Assembly: GCA_043814095.1 (NCBI GenBank)
Contig: JBDRKI010000005.1
Location: forward strand, 1-25,542
Direction of reading: 5' to 3'
DNA from: Armatimonadota bacterium
GTDB taxonomy: Bacteria; Vulcanimicrobiota; JACPDS01; JBDRKI01
Length of the DNA: 25,542 bases
Shown here: one piece after another, positions 18,289-25,542 of the stretch
Layout: every line of letters begins with the position of its first letter
How positions within the stretch are numbered: position 1 is the stretch's first letter
The notes under the pieces: model-generated
The model's database searches: none
The model's input: only the letters and a program-made list of their open reading frames with translations
What the model was told of the DNA's origin: nothing
Made by a program: the position numbers and the translations under genes

Positions 18289-18987
18289 TTAACCTTCCGG
18301 CAGGAACATTAAATTTTTAATATTTCCGGTAATATTTACTTTTTTACCTACGGAGTTATAGTACAGATACGCGGTGCCGGTTATCCTGGATTGTTCAAAA
18401 GGAGTTGATAAGGATACGGATACTTCTCCCGAACCGCTTAAGTTTTTTCCTGTTACGTCAAAATTTATGAAAGTTTTGCCGCCCTCTGCGGTATAGTATC
18501 CCTTAATTTCGGCGTTTTCTTTTATATTCAGAAAGTTAAGGTTATTTAATTTTAAAGTAAAACTGCCTTCGCCGGAGAGGTCTTTTGTATTAAAATCCCC
18601 GGCAAGGTTTAATACTCCGCCCGAGAATCTGCCGGAATCTCCGGGGAGCTTGAAATTTTTAATGTCAAAACTTACTTCATTTCCTCTGAGAATCGCGGAA
18701 TCTTTACCGCCTTCTTTATGGCCGTAAATTTTAAGGCCTATTAGAAAAGGGTGCACGGTTACTTTATCATAAGATATTTTTGAATTATCCGGCATTACGC
18801 AGGTTACATTGTTTAATGTATGCTTCCATGGGTAAAAAGAGCCGTTCTCCCATCCGGTTTTAATATTACTTTTTTGCTTCAGGTTCTCGGCAAAGCCATT
18901 AAAAAGTATCTCATAAGGGAATAAAAGAAAAGCAAAAATCAGGATTACCGCTAAAATAATTGATGTCCATTTAATAAAAGTTTTCAT
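18289..18987 (-). CDS. gspN: Probable type II secretion protein N
   Basis: N-terminal TM helix ending in LLFPY followed by a beta-rich periplasmic region; position between gspM and gspD. Confidence 0.6.
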   Translation of the reverse strand: MKTFIKWTSIILAVILIFAFLLFPYEILFNGFAENLKQKSNIKTGWENGSFYPWKHTLNNVTCVMPDNSKISYDKVTVHPFLIGLKIYGHKEGGKDSAILRGNEVSFDIKNFKLPGDSGRFSGGVLNLAGDFNTKDLSGEGSFTLKLNNLNFLNIKENAEIKGYYTAEGGKTFINFDVTGKNLSGSGEVSVSLSTPFEQSRITGTAYLYYNSVGKKVNITGNIKNLMFLPEG

Positions 18988-18994
18988 AGTTTTT

Positions 18995-19471
18995 TTACGT
19001 ATTTGTGCCGAGTATGATCATTAATGTCCATATCCCGTCGTGTTCATAATCTTTTAAAGAGAGCTGTTTTACCGTAAAGGGAAGCTTCTGTATCTCATAG
19101 ATCAGCTTTATAACCGCCCCCCCGCTTAAGCTCTCCAGTTTTATCTCTATATCTTTATTATTATCGGCAAGGGGCCTTATAGATACAAGGCTTTCGCTTA
19201 AATCAAGCTCGTTTATCTTGTTCTCCAGATACGCGAGAGGCGGAGTTTTTATATTAGTAAGTTTTGTGCTTTTTATAACGGCAAAATCATTTGAGAGCTG
19301 TACCATCTCTTTATATTCTTTTACTTTTACCGGCACTTTTTTCTCCATCCTGGCGGTATTGGCCATGGCTCCGAATAAAACGGAAAAATAAATAATGACG
19401 AGGAGTACGGCGACCCCGCCTGCCAGCAGGAGCTGTTTCTGTTTTTCTTTGGGAAATTCGTTAAATTTCAT
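18995..19471 (-). CDS. gspM: Probable type II secretion protein M
   Basis: One TM helix, a coiled region and a ferredoxin-like C-terminus (IEIKLE..KLIYEIQ); ATGA overlap with gspL. Confidence 0.7.
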   Translation of the reverse strand: MKFNEFPKEKQKQLLLAGGVAVLLVIIYFSVLFGAMANTARMEKKVPVKVKEYKEMVQLSNDFAVIKSTKLTNIKTPPLAYLENKINELDLSESLVSIRPLADNNKDIEIKLESLSGGAVIKLIYEIQKLPFTVKQLSLKDYEHDGIWTLMIILGTNT

Positions 19472-20781
19472 TTTGCACCTAAATTAATTTTTATTGTGAA
19501 TTTCACGCCTTCTTTGCCTGATTTTACTTCTGTTATTTCAGTGCTTTTAAATTTCTGCGCGAGGCTTTGTTTAAATGCCTCGGCTGTTTTTACGGAAGTT
19601 GATTTTCCTGTTAATGTCAGGAATTTTTCCGAAGCTTCTAAGGAGTCTATTTTCGTGCCGGGATTGACTGCTTCGGAGATGCTTGATAATACATCAAGCG
19701 CGTTCTGTCCGTCCGCGAAACCGGAAATGCCGTAATTCCGGATCATGGATTTATAGGTGGCGAGAGGGGCTGAGGCTTTCTTAAGTTGGGGGAAATCCCG
19801 TTTAAGGATTTTAACCATCTGGTTATTTATTTTGTTGTATCTTCCCGCGATTATATGTTCTTTGTATTTAACATCGGCAAGAAGAAGCATTAAAGGTATA
19901 AGCAGAAGGACCGCCCATTTCTTATAATCAGGGCCTTCAGAAGTTTTATACGGGGCAAGATTAACCCCGTGTTCTTTATTTATATTCTTTAAAGAAGCTC
20001 CGTAAGCCACTGTATTATCCGTATTATTGAATTTTTCGGATTTTATCTCTTCTACAGTAAGGCCCGATGCTTCTTTAAGGAAATCTGCAAGATAAGGTAT
20101 CCGGCAGCTCTTGCCGGTAATAAGTATCTTTGAGTAGTTTAAATTTTTTGAGGAAGGCAGGGCAATGGCTAAAAGGGATTTAAAAAATTCCAGCACATCC
20201 TTATTCTTAAGTCCCTCTTCCCGTATTATTTTTAACGCTTCGGCTTCTGTTAAGCCTTTTTTATTCGCAAGCTCGTTTATAAGGTTATTTGTGGATTTTA
20301 AGAGCACCCTGCAGAAATTTAAAAGGTTATTCTTAAATCCGGCAAATACGGTTTTAGAAGCGCCGAAATCAATTATCAGGCCTTCTTCATGCCCGCAGGA
20401 ATTTGCAGATCTTACCAGAGCGTATGGCTCGGCCTCGAATATATGGGGTTTTACCCCCATCTGCTTTATAAGTTCATTTATGGTATTTTTGCTTGTAATA
20501 GTTACGAATATTTCGTTATCCGGTCCGAATGTGAAATCCCAGACAGCGTCATTATAGAAAAGAAGGGTTTGTGAGAGGTCTTCTTTTATTATCTCGTTTA
20601 TTTTTTTTCTGTCGCGGAACGGGATTGCAAGTTTTCTGAAAGTCAGCTTGTTTGACGGGATTGTGGCTATAATTTTATCGGGTTTAGCGCTTTTTAAAAC
20701 AGCCGCTTCTTTTCCGGACAGCTTTACGAATAATTTTCTTATACCCGAGAATGCCGGGTCTATGCTCAGAAAAACGCTCAT
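19468..20781 (-). CDS. gspL: Type II secretion protein L (PilM-like actin-fold cytoplasmic domain, TM helix, periplasmic domain)
   Basis: FRKLAIPF.DRKKI, IIDFGASKT, ILITGK, a VNL motif before the TM helix; position between gspK and gspM. Confidence 0.8.
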   Translation of the reverse strand: MSVFLSIDPAFSGIRKLFVKLSGKEAAVLKSAKPDKIIATIPSNKLTFRKLAIPFRDRKKINEIIKEDLSQTLLFYNDAVWDFTFGPDNEIFVTITSKNTINELIKQMGVKPHIFEAEPYALVRSANSCGHEEGLIIDFGASKTVFAGFKNNLLNFCRVLLKSTNNLINELANKKGLTEAEALKIIREEGLKNKDVLEFFKSLLAIALPSSKNLNYSKILITGKSCRIPYLADFLKEASGLTVEEIKSEKFNNTDNTVAYGASLKNINKEHGVNLAPYKTSEGPDYKKWAVLLLIPLMLLLADVKYKEHIIAGRYNKINNQMVKILKRDFPQLKKASAPLATYKSMIRNYGISGFADGQNALDVLSSISEAVNPGTKIDSLEASEKFLTLTGKSTSVKTAEAFKQSLAQKFKSTEITEVKSGKEGVKFTIKINLGAK

Positions 20782-20783
20782 AT

Positions 20784-21689
20784 TTATTCTACCTTCCAGA
20801 GGACAGGTTTTATGCTTTCTTCTTCACGTTTAACTATGCACGTGAAAGACGGTTTTACTTCTCCCGTATCAACTATTATATTTATATTATAAAAAGAACT
20901 GGAAACACCTGCCACCTGTTCTATTTTATAAAGTATGTCTAAATTCATTCCTGGAATGTCTAAAATTTCCTTTATATTCTTAAAGGGTTTTTCAATCCTT
21001 CTTTTAATTATAGCTTCAGCCACATCTGAAGTTACTCCCTCATCAATTGATTCCAGGATAACTTTAGGCGCGGTATTTATGTTTACCTTGCCTCCGGAAT
21101 GCACAGTTAAAAGTTTGTTTAGTCCTATACCGTATCTGTTTTCCGTACCGCTCCCGTAAAAGTCTTCTTCTCCAGCGTCCTGTATGTATAATATCTCATA
21201 AATGGAGTCTAATGGGGCATTCTTAAAGTTTATACCGGACAGGTTGTCTTCAACTCCCCCGGGCAGTGTTGCCTGGGAGTCTTTATCTATCCAGTCAGAT
21301 ACTTTGTTATCAAGGTAGTTTTTGCTTGATAGGAGGTTTAATAACCGTTCAAACTGGGCTTTATGGTATTTTTCCTCTTTGTCTTCTTTTATTATATAAT
21401 TCGGGTTGAATTTTCTGTCTTCATCGGAAATCCTTATATAAATATTGCCTTCTTTTGTTTTAATTACAGGGAGAGTCTGTGCCCATGTATCGGTAAAAGA
21501 ATCAAATGCCGGGTCATCAAGCATAAATATCTTTAATACGCTCGGGAGTACCGATATACTCATATAATAAGCTTTCTCGGTACTTTTTATCCTGTACAGG
21601 TATTCTTCATTAAAAGTTGCCGTGTTGGTAAAATTAAGAATAAGGGCCAGCACTATGCTTAATGCGCCTAATACAGCTATTATTATCAT
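20784..21689 (-). CDS. gspK: Type II secretion minor pseudopilin K
   Basis: DTWA, ISDEDRKFN.N, DWIDKD, KNAPLDSIYE and KVNINTAP motifs. Confidence 0.9.
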   Translation of the reverse strand: MIIIAVLGALSIVLALILNFTNTATFNEEYLYRIKSTEKAYYMSISVLPSVLKIFMLDDPAFDSFTDTWAQTLPVIKTKEGNIYIRISDEDRKFNPNYIIKEDKEEKYHKAQFERLLNLLSSKNYLDNKVSDWIDKDSQATLPGGVEDNLSGINFKNAPLDSIYEILYIQDAGEEDFYGSGTENRYGIGLNKLLTVHSGGKVNINTAPKVILESIDEGVTSDVAEAIIKRRIEKPFKNIKEILDIPGMNLDILYKIEQVAGVSSSFYNINIIVDTGEVKPSFTCIVKREEESIKPVLWKVE

Positions 21690-22372
21690 TCAGCTTCCTC
21701 TTCTTCTTGTTTCTCTTTCTCTTTCTCAATGGATACACCGAGTGATTGCGCTATATCTAAAACCGACGGCACAACGGTAAAAGAAAACTTTTTATCTATT
21801 TTGCCGTCTTTGTAATACAGGGTTACTCTTATCTTTTCCGGATAACTTTGTTTGTCCCAATCGGTGAACCATAAATTTCCGCTTGAATAATCTATATTAA
21901 GTCCGGTAATTTTTCCGGAAAGAACTGTCCATCCTCTTTTATCTTCCGTACCTGTTTCCTGGAGTTTGTATCCGGGGTAGGGCATCTCCCTGTAAGCCAG
22001 ATACTGATTTTTATTTTTGTCTTTTCTTATTTCATACTGTGCTTCAACTACTCCCCGGAATACCGAAGGCTCTGAAGTTACAAAAACCAAGGAGTCGCCT
22101 TTTTCCTGGGTTGTGGGTAGTTCTTTAAGTATAAAGTCTGAATTAGGGCTTTCATACAGGCAGAGAAGCTGTTTTCTCATCTGGAAGTAGGTTTTCATTA
22201 AATCATTGTAGCGCGAGCCGGTTATTATAAGGTCTTTTGAGCTGGCCGTGGTTAAGAATAAAGAGGTAAACACAAGCCCCATGACTATCGCGACAATAAA
22301 TAAAGATACCAGCACTTCCAGCATTGTGAAGCCGGATTCCGTATTTCCGTTTTTTATAATTTTCATGCTCAT
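21686..22372 (-). CDS. gspJ: Type II secretion minor pseudopilin J
   Basis: ESG|FTMLEVLV prepilin motif and a C-terminal W..DW...YPEKIRVTL motif. Confidence 0.82.
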   Translation of the reverse strand: MSMKIIKNGNTESGFTMLEVLVSLFIVAIVMGLVFTSLFLTTASSKDLIITGSRYNDLMKTYFQMRKQLLCLYESPNSDFILKELPTTQEKGDSLVFVTSEPSVFRGVVEAQYEIRKDKNKNQYLAYREMPYPGYKLQETGTEDKRGWTVLSGKITGLNIDYSSGNLWFTDWDKQSYPEKIRVTLYYKDGKIDKKFSFTVVPSVLDIAQSLGVSIEKEKEKQEEEEAE

Positions 22373-22373
22373 A

Positions 22374-22772
22374 TTACAGGTTCAGCTCTTCCATTAATTC
22401 TTTTTTATACTGCGCTTCAATATCCGTGATATCAAGCCAGTAAAGTTCCATAAGTTCGGTATTATTGCGCACTACTTTAAGCTTTATTACGTTATATGTA
22501 AAATTATCAGAAGTCTCCGTCTGCGGTTTTGCCGTTACGGTATAATCCTGAATTTCCTTGGTCATGCCGGAAAGCATCCTTGTGTTTTTAATTTCCTCCA
22601 TCTGTTCTACGGCAACCGGCACTGCTTTGAATTCTTCAGTTACCCGGTATGTAAGTTTTGTGCTGTTAAGATAAAGCTGGAGAAGCGCCGTTAAAGATAT
22701 TGCCGCAACAGCAAGGGCGACCAGTACTTCAACCAGTGTGAATCCTTTTTCCTTATCGGCTTTCTTTTTCAT
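22374..22772 (-). CDS. gspI: Type II secretion minor pseudopilin I
   Basis: EKG|FTLVEVLVALAV, 132 aa, directly upstream of gspJ. Confidence 0.82.
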   Translation of the reverse strand: MKKKADKEKGFTLVEVLVALAVAAISLTALLQLYLNSTKLTYRVTEEFKAVPVAVEQMEEIKNTRMLSGMTKEIQDYTVTAKPQTETSDNFTYNVIKLKVVRNNTELMELYWLDITDIEAQYKKELMEELNL

Positions 22773-22788
22773 AACTTAACTCTTGTTT

Positions 22789-23754
22789 TTATTCTTTGTT
22801 ATTGTATAAATGGCATGCGGTAAAATGGTCCGGCTTTATTTGTTTTAATACGGGTTCTTCTTTTGCGCATATATCCATAGAATATGCGCATCTTGGCGCG
22901 AACCTGCACCCGGAACCAATCTCCTGCCCGGGCAGAATATCTTCTTTTAAAGTTATTTTTTCTTTTTTTGCCCCGGGCCGGGGGGATGCCGCAATCAGCG
23001 CTTTTGTATAGGGGTGAAGGGCTTCTGTAAAAATATTTTCAGAAGCGGCTTTCTCAACTATTTTGCCCAGGTACATAACTATCACCCTGTCGCTTATGTA
23101 TTTTACAACCGCCAGGTCGTGTGAGATAAAAAGGTATGTAAGGTTTAGCCTTCCCTGTATCTGTTTTAACAGGTTTATTATCTGCGCCTGTATGGATACA
23201 TCCAGAGCAGAAACCGGTTCATCTGCCACTATAAATTCCGGCTTTAAGGTTAAACTGCGCGCTAAACTTATTCTCTGGCGCTGTCCTCCGGAGAATTCGT
23301 GCGGGTAGCGGCCGAGTGCCGATACGGGAAGCCCTACAAGCTTTAAAGTTTCCTCAATATATTTTTTCCTGTTTTTTACATCTGTTACTTTATGTATGGC
23401 AACGGGTTCTGCAAGTATCTCCATAATGCTCATCCTGGGGTTTAATGACGCAAAAGGGTCCTGGAAGACAATCTGCATATTTTCCCTTAAGGTTTTAAGT
23501 TTTGACCCGCCGTACTTTAATATGTTCTCACCTTTATAATTTACAGATCCGCTTGTAGGATCCAGGAGTCTTAAGATAAGCCTGCCTAAAGTAGATTTGC
23601 CGCATCCTGATTCGCCCACAAGCCCCAGTGTCTCCCCTTTATATATATCAAAGCTTACATTATCCACGGCTTTAACGGTGGAAGAATCCTTAAAAATATT
23701 TTCCCTTACGGCAAAATATTTCTTTAAATTTTTAACTTCAATTAATTTTTCCAT
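22789..23754 (-). CDS. oppF: Oligopeptide/dipeptide ABC transporter ATP-binding protein (OppF/DppF)
   Basis: GESGCGKST, FSGGQRQR, ADEPVSALD, HPYT and CRFAPRC. Confidence 0.93.
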   Translation of the reverse strand: MEKLIEVKNLKKYFAVRENIFKDSSTVKAVDNVSFDIYKGETLGLVGESGCGKSTLGRLILRLLDPTSGSVNYKGENILKYGGSKLKTLRENMQIVFQDPFASLNPRMSIMEILAEPVAIHKVTDVKNRKKYIEETLKLVGLPVSALGRYPHEFSGGQRQRISLARSLTLKPEFIVADEPVSALDVSIQAQIINLLKQIQGRLNLTYLFISHDLAVVKYISDRVIVMYLGKIVEKAASENIFTEALHPYTKALIAASPRPGAKKEKITLKEDILPGQEIGSGCRFAPRCAYSMDICAKEEPVLKQIKPDHFTACHLYNNKE

Positions 23755-23765
23755 TTATTAAGCTC

Positions 23766-24743
23766 TCACTGTTTATTATCATAAAGCCAGCATCTGACTT
23801 TTCTGTTTTTTCCCTTATCAAACAAATCAGGAATCTTTTCCCTGCATATATCCATAACTTTCCCGCATCTGGGCGCGAACCTGCATCCGGAAGCCGCAGC
23901 GGCAAGGTCAGGAGGCTGTCCTTTAATTGACGGGAGTTCCCCTTTGTTTTCCGTATCCAGTTTAGGCAGACACTTTAAAAGCGCTTTCGTGTAGGGATGA
24001 AAAGGATCATTGAATATATCGTTTACGGGGGCTTCTTCTAGAATGCTCCCGGCGTACATTACAAGAACTCTATCGCAGAAACCGGCGACAATTCCTAAGT
24101 TATGGGTGATTAAAATTATGGAAGAATCAAGCTCGTCTTTAAGTTCACGCATAAGTTCCAGTATCTGGGCCTGTATTGTCACATCAAGAGCTGTGGTGGG
24201 TTCATCCGCTATGATGATTTCGGGATTGCAGATCAAAGCCATCGCTATCATGACGCGCTGTCTCATCCCGCCGCTTAATTCATGGGGGTAGCTTTTAACT
24301 CTTTTTTCCGGATCAGGTATATGTACCTTTTTAAGTATTTTTAAAACCTCTTCCATAGCTTTATTTTTATCCATGTTTTTATGGATGATTAATCCCTCCG
24401 TAAGCTGGTCGCCTATGGTAAGTACGGGGTTTAAGCTTGTAAATGGATCCTGGAATATTAAAGAGATCCGGTCCCCCCTTATTTTTCTTATCTCATCCTG
24501 CGAGTATTTTAAAAGATCATCTCCGTTGAATATAATGCTACCGGAAGTTATCTTCCCGGGTGGTGTTATCAGCCGCATAATTGATAAAGAAGTTACGCTT
24601 TTACCTGAGCCGGATTCTCCCACAATTGCAAGAGTTTCGCCTTTTTTAAGGGAGAATGAGACCCCGTCAACGGCTTTAAGAACCCCTTCTTCCAGAAGGA
24701 AATGGGTTTTTAAATTATTTACTTCAAGCAGGTTATTATTCAT
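23766..24743 (-). CDS. oppD: Oligopeptide/dipeptide ABC transporter ATP-binding protein (OppD/DppD)
   Basis: GESGSGKS, LSGGMRQR, ADEPTTALD, HPYT and CRFAPRC. Confidence 0.93.
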   Translation of the reverse strand: MNNNLLEVNNLKTHFLLEEGVLKAVDGVSFSLKKGETLAIVGESGSGKSVTSLSIMRLITPPGKITSGSIIFNGDDLLKYSQDEIRKIRGDRISLIFQDPFTSLNPVLTIGDQLTEGLIIHKNMDKNKAMEEVLKILKKVHIPDPEKRVKSYPHELSGGMRQRVMIAMALICNPEIIIADEPTTALDVTIQAQILELMRELKDELDSSIILITHNLGIVAGFCDRVLVMYAGSILEEAPVNDIFNDPFHPYTKALLKCLPKLDTENKGELPSIKGQPPDLAAAASGCRFAPRCGKVMDICREKIPDLFDKGKNRKVRCWLYDNKQ

Positions 24744-24808
24744 ATATTAATAAATTTATTTCTTTTTATTATAAAAATTACCTGCAGGAAAAAGAACTAT
24801 AAATATTA

Positions 24809-24839
24809 AATAAGCCCCAGCTTAAAGCCGGGGCTTATT
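24809..24839 (-). terminator. Rho-independent terminator of the secreted-protein gene
   Basis: On the minus strand, AATAAGCCCCGGCT-tta-AGCTGGGGCTTATT followed by T/A-rich sequence, 23 nt after the stop codon. Confidence 0.8.
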
Positions 24840-24862
24840 CAACACTAACTTAAAGAATCTGT

Positions 24863-25339
24863 TTACTCATCGGTTAATGTATAGGTTATGACTCTTGAAC
24901 CGTCAGCGGGAAGACCAGCTGCGACTGCTGCAGATAAAGACAATGTAGTCTGAATTGAACTTTCTGCAACTGTTTCAATACTTGTTACCAAGTCCTGAGC
25001 AGTACTGGTTAAATATTTTACTCCAGCACTGGCGCCTGTTGCAGGAGCAGCCATTTCCAGAGAAAGAGTTACATTAGACGGCATATTTGAGTTAAGTACA
25101 GCGGTTATCTTTTTGCCGGCAGTTTCATTGGTGGTTATATTGTACGGCTTGAAAAGACTATCCGCATCCGGCTGGGAACCCGCTGTTGCCGTATCAACTG
25201 TTAATGTACAGTCTGTGCCCATAGAAATTTCGTTTATCGCGTCTATTTCATAATATACAGTCTGAGTGTCGGTTGAACCGGCAAACGCGGTCGCGCTCAT
25301 GAAAGCTATCGCGATAAGAACTATTATCAGCTTTTTCAT
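24863..25339 (-). CDS. Secreted Thr/Ala/Ser-rich hypothetical protein, fimbrial-subunit-like
   Basis: Sec signal peptide ending in AFA, strong SD AAGGAGG, beta-strand pattern, C-terminal VITYTLTD strand, own terminator. Confidence 0.7.
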   Translation of the reverse strand: MKKLIIVLIAIAFMSATAFAGSTDTQTVYYEIDAINEISMGTDCTLTVDTATAGSQPDADSLFKPYNITTNETAGKKITAVLNSNMPSNVTLSLEMAAPATGASAGVKYLTSTAQDLVTSIETVAESSIQTTLSLSAAVAAGLPADGSRVITYTLTDE

Positions 25340-25431
25340 TAGGTGTTCCTCCTTTCTTTTTGTTTTATTTAATGGCTTTTTATGCCTTTAAATCTTGCTT
25401 CCGGGAAGTGTCTTTCCCCCTTCCCACTTAT

Positions 25432-25469
25432 ATTATACCCCCCCCCGTGCATATACAGATATAGGTCAA
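25432..25469 (-). promoter_or_regulatory. Promoter region with a G9 homopolymer abutting TATAAT
   Basis: The minus strand reads TTGACC-TATATCTGTATATGCAC-GGGGGGGGG-TATAAT. Confidence 0.55.
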
Positions 25470-25542
25470 AAGGAGTATTTTGGAGATATTTAAAGGGTGA
25501 TAAAATAAGGGGGTTGGAGCTAAAATAATTGTTTAGGATTCA

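Noticed and set aside
22888-23892. Roughly 28-nt similar sequences at 22888-22915 and 23865-23892
   Set aside because: Both encode the conserved SGCRFAPRC motif of the paralogous OppF and OppD.
13768-24750. Many 60-170 aa plus-strand ORFs opposite the gsp and opp genes
   Set aside because: They are antisense shadows of well-supported genes, Ser/Ile/Phe-rich, with no recognisable motifs.
25400-25430. 5'-leader hairpin GGGAAG...CTTCCC as a riboswitch
   Set aside because: It is only a 6-bp stem, and I could not match it to any known aptamer consensus.

Overview
An AT-rich bacterial chromosomal window from a probably diderm organism (it encodes a secretin). Left to right: a 5'-truncated cobalamin-binding radical SAM gene with a PqqD/RRE-like C-terminal extension; a secreted DA1-like HEXXH peptidase; a membrane protein; a small frameshifted gene remnant; an AAA_14/DUF4143 ATPase; a site-2 protease with CBS domains; a strongly diverged FdrA(YahF)/DUF1116(YahG) pair; an AbiEi/AbiEii type IV toxin-antitoxin pair; a type II secretion cluster split into gspC-gspG (+) and gspI-J-K-L-M-N-D-E-F (-) around glnS; orphan OppD/OppF ATPases; and a secreted beta-rich, fimbrial-like protein. 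The main non-coding signals are: (1) a 71-bp near-perfect direct repeat bracketing the AbiE module; (2) a perfect 21-bp inverted repeat over the antitoxin start codon; (3) a duplicated promoter/start region with an 11-6-11 palindrome in front of the ATPase; and (4) a G9 tract abutting the -10 box of the fimbrial-like gene. No rRNA, tRNA, CRISPR array, transposase or integrase was recognised. Family assignments come from motif recognition, not from database searches.
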